From assembly GCA_052389795.1 (NCBI GenBank), contig JBQTHO010000016.1, positions 9,822 through 73,821 on the forward strand: a stretch of 64,000 nt of DNA. Direction: 5' to 3'. Positions 55,051 through 63,800 of the stretch are shown here, piece by piece (position 1 is the stretch's first letter; every line of letters starts with the position of its first letter). Source of the stretch: Acidobacteriota bacterium. Lineage in GTDB: Bacteria > Acidobacteriota > Blastocatellia > Pyrinomonadales > Pyrinomonadaceae. Made by a program: the position numbers and the translations under genes. The notes under the pieces are model-generated. The model did not search any database and was not told where the DNA came from. It worked only from the letters and a program-made list of their open reading frames with translations.

Positions 55051-56244
55051 ATGAACCGCTTCGACCAGAATCCCGCTGCTTATCAACCGATTGTGATGCC
55101 GAAATCGAAGCGCGTGAGTGCGATCAAGATCATCGCCGCTGTCGTCGCGGCGATGTTCGGGGCGCTGCTCGGGCTGCTTATCCTGTTGCTGATTGGCGCT
55201 GAGACGGGATTGGTAGAACTGGTTATCGGCATGATCTGTGCGACTTTGCCGGTGCCGATCTATGTGATGCTCCTGCTGTGGATTGATCGCTATGAAGCGG
55301 AACCGCTTTGGATGCTGGCTACGAGTTTCTTTTGGGGCGCGATCATCGCGGTTTTCATCTCATTGATTTTCAACACCGGCATCCAGATGTTTGCCGCGGT
55401 CGCCAGCAACAGTGAAGAGGTAGGTGACGCGGTCGGCGCCGTTATCTCAGCTCCCATCGTCGAAGAAAGCGCGAAGGCACTAATCCTCGTCATCCTTTTC
55501 TTTTGGAAGAAAGACGAGTTCGACGGAATCGTGGACGGAATTGTTTACGCGGGCATGGTGGGTCTCGGTTTTGCCATGACTGAAAATATTCTGTATTACG
55601 GTCGCGCCATGCAAAAGGGGCCTGACTTTTTGAAGGCGGTTTGGATTATCCGGGGAATGGCGGCGCCCTTCTCGCATCCCTTGTTCACCAGCATGACCGG
55701 AATCGGACTTGGCTGGGCGCGGCAATCGCAGAATACCTTCACGAAAATCATGGCGCCGTTTCTCGGCTTCGGTCTCGCCGTACTCATGCACGCGGCTTGG
55801 AACGGGTCGGCGGTGTTCTTCGGTGGTGGAGGATTCTTTGTGACTTATTTCATGGTGATGGGCCCGGCTTTGGTCATCACTTTGATGGTCACTCATTTTC
55901 AACTGAAACGAGAAGGCCGGCTTGTCCAGCAGTTCCTGTATCCGGATTATCAGAGAGGCTTTTTCGATCAACATGAATTTGAAAGGCTCTGCAGCGTGCG
56001 CGGCCGTATGAAGATGTCCTGGAGCGCCTTCTGGTCGCATGGGTTTTCAGGCTGGCGCATGCGCCGGCGGTGTAATCAAATGGCGAGCGAGTTGGCGTTT
56101 CATCGCAGTCGGGTCGCTCGTGGCTTTCACCGCAATGCGCGCGAGGCTGCTGAACGCGAAGAAGAATATCGATCGACCTTGCACCAGCTTCGGCAGCAGT
56201 TCGCGCAGCGCCAACCAGCTGCCAAAAAAGTTTCGCGTCCGTAG
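55051..56244 (+). CDS. PrsW family intramembrane protease
   Basis: Conserved EESAK (PIVEESAKALIL) and HAAWN motifs in a multi-TM body. Basic cytoplasmic C-terminal tail. The ORF is open from 54991. Confidence 0.8.
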   Translation: MNRFDQNPAAYQPIVMPKSKRVSAIKIIAAVVAAMFGALLGLLILLLIGAETGLVELVIGMICATLPVPIYVMLLLWIDRYEAEPLWMLATSFFWGAIIAVFISLIFNTGIQMFAAVASNSEEVGDAVGAVISAPIVEESAKALILVILFFWKKDEFDGIVDGIVYAGMVGLGFAMTENILYYGRAMQKGPDFLKAVWIIRGMAAPFSHPLFTSMTGIGLGWARQSQNTFTKIMAPFLGFGLAVLMHAAWNGSAVFFGGGGFFVTYFMVMGPALVITLMVTHFQLKREGRLVQQFLYPDYQRGFFDQHEFERLCSVRGRMKMSWSAFWSHGFSGWRMRRRCNQMASELAFHRSRVARGFHRNAREAAEREEEYRSTLHQLRQQFAQRQPAAKKVSRP

Positions 56245-56304
56245 CGACAGTTAGCTTATACTTGCGCCCGAACTGCGCAGGCACATCCGAACGGTAACTT
56301 CCCG

Positions 56305-57081
56305 TTGAAGATTCAACTTTTACCCAGCTCTTTTGACGCCGCCGGAAGGTCCACTCCGGCTCAGCGACTGACGTGCTTCTTGATTGACGATCGCGTGACT
56401 GTCGACGCCGGCAGCTTGGGCCTCGCGTTGACCGAACCGCAGCGGCGCACCGTGCGCGATGTGATCGTCACGCACCCGCACATGGATCACATCGCCAGCC
56501 TTCCGATTTTCGTGGATGACCTGTTTGCCGAGCTAAAAGAACCCATCCGCATTCACGGCACGTCTGAGGTCATTGAGCTGCTTGAGCGCGATGTCTTCAA
56601 CGACAACATCTATCCGCGCTTTGCGGAGCTGCGGAATCAGCACGGGCCGGTGATGAAGTACGTGCCGTTCAAAACCGGCGAGCCATTCTCAGTCGCACAC
56701 CTCACGGTTCTCGCAGTGAAGGTCAATCATATCGTGCCGACCGTTGGACTGCTGGTTTCTGATGGCCGAACGACGATCTTGTTTAGTTCAGACACGGCGG
56801 AAACTGACGAGCTTTGGAAAGTGGCCAATCGCGCACCGCACCTCGATGCGCTGCTGATCGAAGCATCCTTTCCCAACTCAATGGGTGAGCTGGCGAGAGT
56901 ATCGAAGCACCTGACGCCCGAGACGATGGCCCAGGAATTACGCAAACTGGATCACAACGGAATCGATGTTCTGGCAGTACATGTGAAGCCCGCCTATCGC
57001 GCGAAGGTGATTGAGGAAATCGAGGCGTTAGGTATCGAGAAATTAAGTGTGATGGAAGCGGGAAAAATCTACGAGTGGTGA
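56305..57081 (+). CDS. MBL-fold hydrolase, class II 3',5'-cyclic-nucleotide phosphodiesterase-like
   Basis: TTG start. THPHMDHIASLPIF resembles the class II PDE signature HxHLDH[LIVM]x[GS]. Upstream FLIDDRVTVDAGSLG. Confidence 0.6.
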   Translation: MKIQLLPSSFDAAGRSTPAQRLTCFLIDDRVTVDAGSLGLALTEPQRRTVRDVIVTHPHMDHIASLPIFVDDLFAELKEPIRIHGTSEVIELLERDVFNDNIYPRFAELRNQHGPVMKYVPFKTGEPFSVAHLTVLAVKVNHIVPTVGLLVSDGRTTILFSSDTAETDELWKVANRAPHLDALLIEASFPNSMGELARVSKHLTPETMAQELRKLDHNGIDVLAVHVKPAYRAKVIEEIEALGIEKLSVMEAGKIYEW

Positions 57082-57082
57082 C

Positions 57083-57150
57083 GGCGGCAAAGAGCTAATA
57101 GCAAAGGGCCAGAGTAGATCCGCACTCAGGTTTGCCTTTGCGCTTTGCCC
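57083..57150. repeat. Fam-F heptamer-arm inverted repeat (GCAAAG type) between convergent genes
   Basis: GGCGGCAAAGAGCTAATAGCAAAGGGCC pairs with GGTTTGCCTTTGCGCTTTGCCC. Confidence 0.7.
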
Positions 57151-57157
57151 TTACTTT

Positions 57158-57457
57158 TTACCTGACGCGCTCAAATTCTTTCTCAGCATGTTCACCCGAA
57201 AAATTCTCGAGCAGTACGCGCCCGCTGGGTAGCAGCTCCTGGACCCGGAAGGTTCGTTCTGAACCATCGCGGCCCGGCATCAACTCGGCCCTGAACACGA
57301 CATCCATGCCCGGTCGCGCCCAGATGTCGCCGCGGTCTCGTTCTGTGCGGCGCTTGCGGCGCGCGTTGCTGCCTCTCATCATTAAAGCTCCAATTGCGCC
57401 CATCGCGCCGGCCGCCACGGCCACTCCACCCAACAGCCGTTTCGTTGCCTTCTTCAT
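57158..57457 (-). CDS. hypothetical membrane-anchored protein (99 aa)
   Basis: N-terminal TM helix LLGGVAVAAGAMGAIGALMM followed by a basic stretch. More protein-like than the overlapping plus-strand ORF 57132-57575 (Ser/Arg/Pro-rich). Confidence 0.45.
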   Translation of the reverse strand: MKKATKRLLGGVAVAAGAMGAIGALMMRGSNARRKRRTERDRGDIWARPGMDVVFRAELMPGRDGSERTFRVQELLPSGRVLLENFSGEHAEKEFERVR

Positions 57458-57548
57458 TGTCGACTCAGAACGTCACCGCGCGTCCACAGTCACCTTGGCA
57501 AATCCACCCAAGAACGTCAACTTAACAGCAACCCTCGTTCCCGCACAC

Positions 57549-57591
57549 AAAAAAAGCGCGACTTCCGCTCAGTAAACCGCGGTTGTCGCGC
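57549..57591 (-). terminator. Rho-independent terminator downstream of the ferredoxin gene
   Basis: Minus strand: GGCGCGAC - loop - GTCGCGC followed by TTTTTTT. Confidence 0.6.
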
Positions 57592-57619
57592 CTTCATGGG
57601 GCGAAAAAGACGCCAATAA

Positions 57620-57907
57620 TCAGTGGCACATTGGCACGAGCTTGGCCGCGTTGCTGGGGAAGATGGGCAACCCGCTTAATGAGCGTTCAGCGTTCACCTC
57701 AGTAAATTGCGCCCATTTCTCCGGAACATTGTCTTCAGCGAAGATAGCTTCGACGGGGCATTCGGGGACACAAGCGTCACAGTCGATGCACGTCTCGGGA
57801 TTTATAACGAGCATGTCATCGTCAAGGTGAAAGGCATCCACGGGACAGACCATCGCACAATCAGTGTATCGGCAGTTAACGCAGGGCTCAGCCACTACGT
57901 ACGTCAT
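57620..57907 (-). CDS. fdxA: 7Fe-type (Azotobacter FdxA-like) ferredoxin
   Basis: [27 protein letters not shown]...[22 protein letters not shown] lies 10 nt upstream of the ATG at 57907 (the ORF is open from the TTG at 57925). Confidence 0.88.
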   Translation of the reverse strand: MTYVVAEPCVNCRYTDCAMVCPVDAFHLDDDMLVINPETCIDCDACVPECPVEAIFAEDNVPEKWAQFTEVNAERSLSGLPIFPSNAAKLVPMCH

Positions 57908-57994
57908 AAGCGAATCATCCTCCAAGTGTGTTTCAGATACTGCGGCGCGAAAAACGCGGTCATCCTAACACAGGGCACCCAACGCCACGCAATT

Positions 57995-58123
57995 TCATTC
58001 TCGCCATGATGAGGCCGACTTCCACGAATGGATCGGCGCCCCGCCTTTGAAGTCGTAGAATTCGAGATCGATGGCCGCGAACATTTTCGTCAGCATGATG
58101 ATTTGGCCCGTATGCATCGAAAA
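57995..58123 (-). pseudogene. 3' remnant of a DinB/DUF1572-family paralogue
   Basis: Minus-strand translation FSMHTGQIIMLTKMFAAIDLEFYDF... compared with the intact gene's HFSMHTGQILHITKQLTAHDLHFYDL (61345-61830). An in-frame TAA lies 13 codons upstream, so no complete ORF remains. Confidence 0.65.
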
Positions 58124-58424
58124 TGGGAGGCGAGCTAACAACCGCTTCCCTTTCCTTTATTTGCCGACTCGCGAAAAGATTGTTGGCGGCTTTTTGACGG
58201 CTTCATTGCCAACTGGCGACAAGCTGGAGCAATCGGCAGCGACGCCTGCCTAAGAATCGCGCTTAGAAACTAAGTCACAAAGTTTCTTCACCAATAGCTG
58301 AAGTGAACGTGTACGTACTCTCTTATCTGCCGCAGCATTTGCACGCGCGAAAGGAAGATGTGGTACTCTCCGCCGACAGCGCGCTGAAGGCTTCTTCAGA
58401 TGGAAAGATTGGAGATTCCCAGAA

Positions 58425-58488
58425 TCGCAACGATAGTCACGACAAACAAACAAGCGGTGGTCAGAAGTTTTTTCATAATTGTTGCCTT
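58425..58488 (-). pseudogene. duplicated RBS plus signal-peptide segment of the BNR/sialidase-like gene (orphan 26-codon ORF)
   Basis: 61 of 64 nt identical to 59852-59915. Encodes MKKLLTTACLFVVTIVA... (intact gene: MKKHLTTACLFVVTIVA...), then diverges and stops after 26 codons. Confidence 0.7.
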
Positions 58489-58637
58489 AATCCTCATGCG
58501 AAAATATCAGTAGGTGGAGATGCGCGACTTTATGTCGCTAATCACGTTCGTAGCCGTCTAACAAGCATTCAGCTTTCGCCAGCCCGAGCGTGAACGCCAC
58601 GACGGGAGCAGAAAGGCGCACGGCTTGAGCATCATTT

Positions 58638-59903
58638 CTATTCGCCTGCTTTGTTGACGAGCATTTTGAGCTGGCACTGGCCGGTCACGCATTTTCCCTG
58701 CTTCACATCTTCTTCCGTAAATGTCGCCATGAGGATTTCCCGGTCGGTGAACCGCCCCCGATCATAAACCACATAGATTCTGCCGTTGTCGGCCTCGACG
58801 CCGTCTGGATACGACACACCATTCCTCTCGTCGAGCAAGAGACCGCCAGTCCAGGACCGGCCGTCATCGTCCGAGAGGTAAGCCGTAAGGTGAGAACGGA
58901 ACTGTACGCTGGGCAGGTTGTGTCTGACCAGCAACAGCCGGCCGGACTTCAGGCGACGAATGAAGAAGCGAGTAGCCGGGTGCCGGATCCCGCTCTCGCC
59001 AGTCTGTCCCCATGTCTTGCCCCGATCAGTGGACACGGCTTGGCCGATCCCGTACAAGGTTCTGGCGAGCATCCACAGACTTCCATCGCGGCGCTCCACA
59101 ATCATGTGGTTGCAGCACACATCCGGGACTCGCGCCTGACCGAGCCACGTCCATGTCTTGCCCTGGTCCAGCGAGCTGTAGACATGCGTGCCTTTCCGGT
59201 CTCCGGGATCGTAACAGAGAGCCTTGATCACTGAAGGCGGCAGGCCGAGCTTGTACTCGTCATTGGCCTCTGCGAGGCCGCACGCGTTGGCCCCGACGGA
59301 GACGGGGAGCAGCCACTCTCCAGTCGATAAGACAGTCGGCCTCAAGGCTCCTCCGTCGGCGAGTCGCCTCGGTTTGGACCAGGCAGGGCTCCCGTCATCG
59401 GGGTTCTCGCTGACGATGGCCCAAACACCGCCTCGCCCGTCGTATGCGCCATACTCTTGCCTCCAGAAGAGCCAAAGCCGCCCCGCCGGGTCGCGCCAAA
59501 GAGCAGGGTTCCCGGCCCATACATTTCCAGGCGGGTCAATGACGAGTTTCGGTTCCGACCAGTTTTTTCCGTCGTCGTCGCTGGAGACGAGCACGAGGTA
59601 GCCCATCGGCCCAAAGGCCACACCCCACGCCGCCAACAACCGGCCCTTTGCGGTCCGTTCAATGCTCGGAACACCCTGAAACATTCTGGTCCACGAGGCG
59701 TACTCGGGCCCCGGCGACGTGTTAATTGGCGGCGCTTGAAGCGCAAAATCCGGGTAGGCTTTCCTAGCGGTAACGGACTCGGCCGGTGACGGATTAACAT
59801 CAGCCGTTTTCTTCTCTTGCCCAAAAACGGTCGAGGCGATGAAAGAGCCAGTCGCAACGATAGTCACGACAAACAAACAAGCGGTGGTCAGATGTTTTTT
59901 CAT
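58638..59903 (-). CDS. BNR-repeat (sialidase/exo-alpha-sialidase-like) secreted glycosidase-fold protein
   Basis: Signal peptide and four Asp-boxes (SSDDGKNW, SLDQGKTW, STDRGKTW, SDDDGRSW). Confidence 0.8.
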   Translation of the reverse strand: MKKHLTTACLFVVTIVATGSFIASTVFGQEKKTADVNPSPAESVTARKAYPDFALQAPPINTSPGPEYASWTRMFQGVPSIERTAKGRLLAAWGVAFGPMGYLVLVSSDDDGKNWSEPKLVIDPPGNVWAGNPALWRDPAGRLWLFWRQEYGAYDGRGGVWAIVSENPDDGSPAWSKPRRLADGGALRPTVLSTGEWLLPVSVGANACGLAEANDEYKLGLPPSVIKALCYDPGDRKGTHVYSSLDQGKTWTWLGQARVPDVCCNHMIVERRDGSLWMLARTLYGIGQAVSTDRGKTWGQTGESGIRHPATRFFIRRLKSGRLLLVRHNLPSVQFRSHLTAYLSDDDGRSWTGGLLLDERNGVSYPDGVEADNGRIYVVYDRGRFTDREILMATFTEEDVKQGKCVTGQCQLKMLVNKAGE

Positions 59904-59963
59904 TATTGTTTCCTTGCTACTTTCGGTCTAAACATTTTTACCTCCTTTTCCTCCCGTGCCTGT

Positions 59964-60092
59964 TCAACCGGGGAGAACCTCACCGTCACCAGTCAGGTGC
60001 GCGTCACTTGCTTTGTTAAAGGTGAGCCGTCGAACATTGGAGCCGTCAGCGTCCATCACGTAGATCTCCCGGCTCTCCCGCCAATGCCCACC
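59964..60092 (-). pseudogene. remnant of a TolB/PD40-type beta-propeller repeat
   Basis: Minus-strand translation GGHWRESREIYVMDADGSNVRRLTFNKASDAHLTGDGEVLPG* with no usable start. Bounded upstream by an in-frame TGA at the DAO gene stop. Confidence 0.5.
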
Positions 60093-60111
60093 GACGCGAG
60101 ATTTCTCTCGA

Positions 60112-61221
60112 TCATTTCATCCTATTGAAGAACTCGACGTGCCGGTTCATGATGCGCTGCATCGCTTCCTGATTAGGTTCGAGCGTCCAAACTCCTGGTT
60201 CCGAGGTGCCTCCCAACAGGATGCCGTCTTTCCGGGGAACCATGTCGCCAGCAATGCCCGTGATGTAGTCGATTTCGGGCTGGGGCAACAGCACCGTATA
60301 CTGTCCCTTGTTAGGCATCAGTTCCTGATCGCCGAAGAGAGCCTTGGCGCCGAGGCCCGTGCAGTTCATGATGACTGGCTCTGGCAGTTCGAGCAAAGCT
60401 TTCAGATCGGGAAAGTCGCGAACAACGATCCTGCCGCCCGCGAGCAGAAAGTCTCGCAGTACAGCATTCAGGTATATCGGCGGCTCGATGAGCATCGTGA
60501 ACCAGCGGACCACGTAGGGCGGGGGAAAGGGATGCTCCTTCCTGCCAAGCTCCCTGAAGTCTGGATACAGGTCGTGGAGGGGGTCCTCGCTCCAGATGCG
60601 GCGAGTCTTGTCTGTGCTTTGGGAAAACTTCTCGATCCAACGCACACCGTAGGAATCGCCGACCATTTCCTGGAAGTAGCGATGGGAGAGCCGCGCGGCG
60701 CGCATGTACAGGTCTCTAACCTTCGCGTCTCTCGGAACACCCGCATCCCATACGGCCCCGGCATGGTTGGACGTTGTATTAAGAGGCAAATCTTTGGCGT
60801 AGATCGTGACGTCAAAACCGTGCTGCTGCAAGAGGCGGGCAGTGGCCAACCCCACCGCCCCGCACCCGATCACTGCGTATCGCGTCTGGGCTGTCCTGAG
60901 AGCTTCTTCCACAGCTAGGTGAGAAGTTCCCCACGAGAGCGTCACGCCGTCACCCCCGTGGCCGTAATTGTGAACGACGATCTTGTCCCCGAGCCGTTCT
61001 GCCTTCACTAGGAATCCGGAAAGCCGGTGCGGACGCAAGCCGACTGAGATGCGAATGACACGGTCCCAGGACACGTTGACTTTCGCGAACTTTCGCTTAG
61101 TGCGGATAACGCGATCTGGGGACATCAGAGCCGCATCTGCTGGCTTGAGTCCGGCTCCAAGGGCGGCGCCCGCAAACGCACCTTGCTTCAAGAATTCTCT
61201 CCGTTGAATGCTGTATCCCAT
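60112..61221 (-). CDS. FAD-dependent oxidoreductase (D-amino-acid oxidase family) with a Tat signal
   Basis: Twin-arginine motif QRREFLKQGAFAGAALGAG. Rossmann YAVIGCGAVGLATARLL. AAGGAGG lies upstream of the ATG at 61221 (the ORF is open from 61239). Confidence 0.82.
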   Translation of the reverse strand: MGYSIQRREFLKQGAFAGAALGAGLKPADAALMSPDRVIRTKRKFAKVNVSWDRVIRISVGLRPHRLSGFLVKAERLGDKIVVHNYGHGGDGVTLSWGTSHLAVEEALRTAQTRYAVIGCGAVGLATARLLQQHGFDVTIYAKDLPLNTTSNHAGAVWDAGVPRDAKVRDLYMRAARLSHRYFQEMVGDSYGVRWIEKFSQSTDKTRRIWSEDPLHDLYPDFRELGRKEHPFPPPYVVRWFTMLIEPPIYLNAVLRDFLLAGGRIVVRDFPDLKALLELPEPVIMNCTGLGAKALFGDQELMPNKGQYTVLLPQPEIDYITGIAGDMVPRKDGILLGGTSEPGVWTLEPNQEAMQRIMNRHVEFFNRMK

Positions 61222-61344
61222 GTTGTTCCTCCTTACCATGGTGCGTCATTCACCTCGCGTGCGGCGCGATTGCCTGATTGAAGAACGCCCAATGCCAAGC
61301 GTCTTGACGGATGAGGGAAAAGAGTGCGGCGACGCCGCGCGTCC

Positions 61345-61830
61345 TTACAAATCATAGAAGTGTAGATCGTGTGCGGTTAGTTGCTTCGTTATGTGAAGTA
61401 TTTGGCCCGTGTGCATAGAAAAATGTTCGACCACGTGGAAGATTGCTGTCAGAGCCGACACGTCGGACTTCTGAATGGTGAAGCGATCCAGCAATCGGTT
61501 GGCATCAAACGCCGCCAACGTCGCGTCCACTTCGTTCAGAGTCTGCCGCAAACGGTGGAGAAGTTCGTCACGCGGAATAATCTCGCGCCGGGCAAACTCC
61601 GCGTCGCGATCGCGCTGGTCAGGCGAGCCTCCCAAACCGACGACAATCCATTGCCGCACGTTGCCGCTCAAATGCAGCAACAGATTCCCGATACTGTTTG
61701 ACTCAGGATTAGCACGCCACCAAATTTGCTCGTCGCTTAACAGGGCGGCGCATTGCTCGATCTTTGGCAGGTAATCCGTTAGCAGCAGCGAACGCGCTTC
61801 GGAGATAAATGACTCGCCAACTTCATTCAT
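61345..61830 (-). CDS. DinB family (DUF1572-like) protein
   Basis: NSIGNLLLHLSGNVRQWIV and VVEHFSMHTGQI are typical DinB-fold His motifs. Confidence 0.78.
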   Translation of the reverse strand: MNEVGESFISEARSLLLTDYLPKIEQCAALLSDEQIWWRANPESNSIGNLLLHLSGNVRQWIVVGLGGSPDQRDRDAEFARREIIPRDELLHRLRQTLNEVDATLAAFDANRLLDRFTIQKSDVSALTAIFHVVEHFSMHTGQILHITKQLTAHDLHFYDL

Positions 61831-62129
61831 ACCGAGAGTCCCTCACTCCTCTTCAGGCCGTCGCTTATGCTTGGCCTTGCGTCCCGCCGGGCTCGCTTTT
61901 TCTTCGGGCTTGACGTGTTCGATTGGGTGACCCGGAGGCGCAAGCGACCGCCGAATCGAACTGATGATCGACTTCTGGCGGCGACGCTTCTTCGAGCGGG
62001 AAGACTTCATCGCAGATGCAGGTGGAATCCTGCGCGATGCTATAGCCGCATCCCGAAAGTGTCAATACGCTTTTTGACTGAGTGGAGAAGGGGAAGCGAA
62101 GTTATGGGGTGCGCACGCTTCCAGCGTGC

Positions 62130-62351
62130 TTAGGCTTCGTTCGGCTGCTGTTGGCGCGCGCGGATGAGGCTCTCGATTGCTATCGATGTGTCCTCTCGCT
62201 GTCTCTTCTGGAAATCGTTCACCCAACCGCTGACGGTCGAAACCATGTCGGTCGGCGTCTTGCGTTTGTTCTGACGGGCCGAACGGCGGTTCGGCTTATT
62301 CAGGACGCGCTCTTCACGCTTAATTACTTTTACAACTTTCTTCTCTGACAT
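62130..62351 (-). CDS. small basic hypothetical protein (73 aa)
   Basis: MSEKKVVKVIKREERVLNKPNRRSARQNKRK... Coding-like, no SD seen. Confidence 0.45.
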   Translation of the reverse strand: MSEKKVVKVIKREERVLNKPNRRSARQNKRKTPTDMVSTVSGWVNDFQKRQREDTSIAIESLIRARQQQPNEA

Positions 62352-62561
62352 TGCCTGATTTCAACGTAACTGCTTACAGCAGGTCGTTGCTTTCTTTGGA
62401 ATTGAATTTAACGAAAACTAATGACGAAAGTTCCGTGTGGAATTTGCGTCTTCTTAGGGAAAGCGCTACTTAGACGTTCGGCGGAGGCAGTTGGTTGCAG
62501 AACGTTAATTGTCTCTCGATCCGGAGGATAGCACGGCAAAGCGGCAAAAAGCCACCGGAAG

Positions 62562-63302
62562 TTAAGCTTGAGCCGACTCCTGCTTGGCGGCCATGTCGGC
62601 GCGCCACAGCTTCTTCTGCGCCCGAAAGGCGAGAATTCCGAGCGCAATCACGCCACCAATGGCGATGTAAGGCAAGGTCCCTTTCAACGGCCGCGTCCCA
62701 AACTTGACCAGCAAGGCATTGATGATGATTAGGCCAATGCGCATCTCCGTCGGCCCGAAACGCGAGAAGCTGACTTTGAATTCTTCGGTCGTCGCCAGCA
62801 TCAGGTACGTGTGAAACATGAAGGCGCTGAAGACACACAGCACCAGGAGCATGTTGAAGAAGGCCCTCTCCGGGATCAGCAACGTGTAGCCGAGCAGAAT
62901 CGAACAGAGGAAGCCGTAGTCGAACAAGTGATCCATGTAGAAGCCCCACTTGCACAAACCCGTGTCGCGATATTTGCCGAGCTTCCCGTCAAAATGATCG
63001 GTGAAGTAATGGAGCACGATCATCAGGTTGACCATCCAAAGCCAGCGCAGATCAAACTTCGCGAGATAACAAAATCCGACAATGCCCAAAGACCAGAAAG
63101 GCGTCAGCAGCGTCAGATGATAGGTCTCGATCCAGCGCGGGATGCGCGGTAGAACCCAGCGCGCCAGCCGCCGCTCGAGCGGCACTAGCAATCCCGAATT
63201 CGATTTGCCGGCGCCGGCGAATTTCTGCTTGCCGTAAACCCGCGCCGACCAATCCGGCAAATGAGTTTCGTTTACTACCGTTGCTGCTGCTTCTCCTGGC
63301 AT
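62562..63302 (-). CDS. CDP-alcohol phosphatidyltransferase family membrane protein
   Basis: DHFDGKLGKYRDTGLCKWGFYMDHLFD fits D-x2-DG-x2-(A/G)(R/K)...G-x3-D-x3-D. Multiple TM helices. Confidence 0.75.
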   Translation of the reverse strand: MPGEAAATVVNETHLPDWSARVYGKQKFAGAGKSNSGLLVPLERRLARWVLPRIPRWIETYHLTLLTPFWSLGIVGFCYLAKFDLRWLWMVNLMIVLHYFTDHFDGKLGKYRDTGLCKWGFYMDHLFDYGFLCSILLGYTLLIPERAFFNMLLVLCVFSAFMFHTYLMLATTEEFKVSFSRFGPTEMRIGLIIINALLVKFGTRPLKGTLPYIAIGGVIALGILAFRAQKKLWRADMAAKQESAQA

Positions 63303-63527
63303 TTTGATTCACCTCTGTGGAAATGGACCCGTCCAAACATTAGCCTTCAGCAATCGTCGAGCCAGCATCCCTGAAAACTTTAGCTCGAATCTGTGGTTTG
63401 ACGTGATTTAGAGGCGCCTTAGGCGCGAAAGATTTCTAGCGAAGCGGGAACTATAAACATTTCGCCTTTGGGGCGATTGAAATTGTGGTGGGAAGCTGCT
63501 CCACCTGTCACGGGTTTCCGGCAGTGT

Positions 63528-63800
63528 TCAAATAAAAACCACTGACTGCGAAGACGGAATCTCAAATCGCTTCCGGCAGCGCATGTTGCGGCAGGCGAGC
63601 ATGTCGTCAACGCGCACCATATAGTCGCGTGACTTTGCGAACTGAGCGCGCTGGTCTTCGTTCATCCCGCGCGGCGGCGCGGGTTTCTTTCGGCGCGTCA
63701 GCCAACGGACATCGTAATCGCCGCGCTCGCGGCAGAACGGGCAAACGAATGACGCCCGCTTGGTTTCCTGTTTCTCGTTGAAAAAGTCGCTTTCGCGCAT
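63528..63800 (-). CDS. zinc-ribbon hypothetical protein (90 aa)
   Basis: CPFC ... CRNMRC cysteine pairs. The start ATG overlaps the upstream gene's TAA (TAATG). Confidence 0.55.
   Translation of the reverse strand: MRESDFFNEKQETKRASFVCPFCRERGDYDVRWLTRRKKPAPPRGMNEDQRAQFAKSRDYMVRVDDMLACRNMRCRKRFEIPSSQSVVFI

Noticed and set aside
57132-57575. 147-aa plus-strand ORF.
   Set aside because: The Ser/Arg/Pro-rich low-complexity product overlaps a more protein-like minus-strand ORF (TM helix plus domain). That minus-strand ORF's 3' end faces a repeat of the type typically found between convergent gene ends. Neither is certain.
61865-62133. Overlapping ORFs 61865-62065(-) (TTG start, Cys-containing 66 aa) and 61867-62133(+).
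   Set aside because: No SD, no motif, unusual start codon and mutual overlap. I cannot decide whether either is real, so both are left unannotated.
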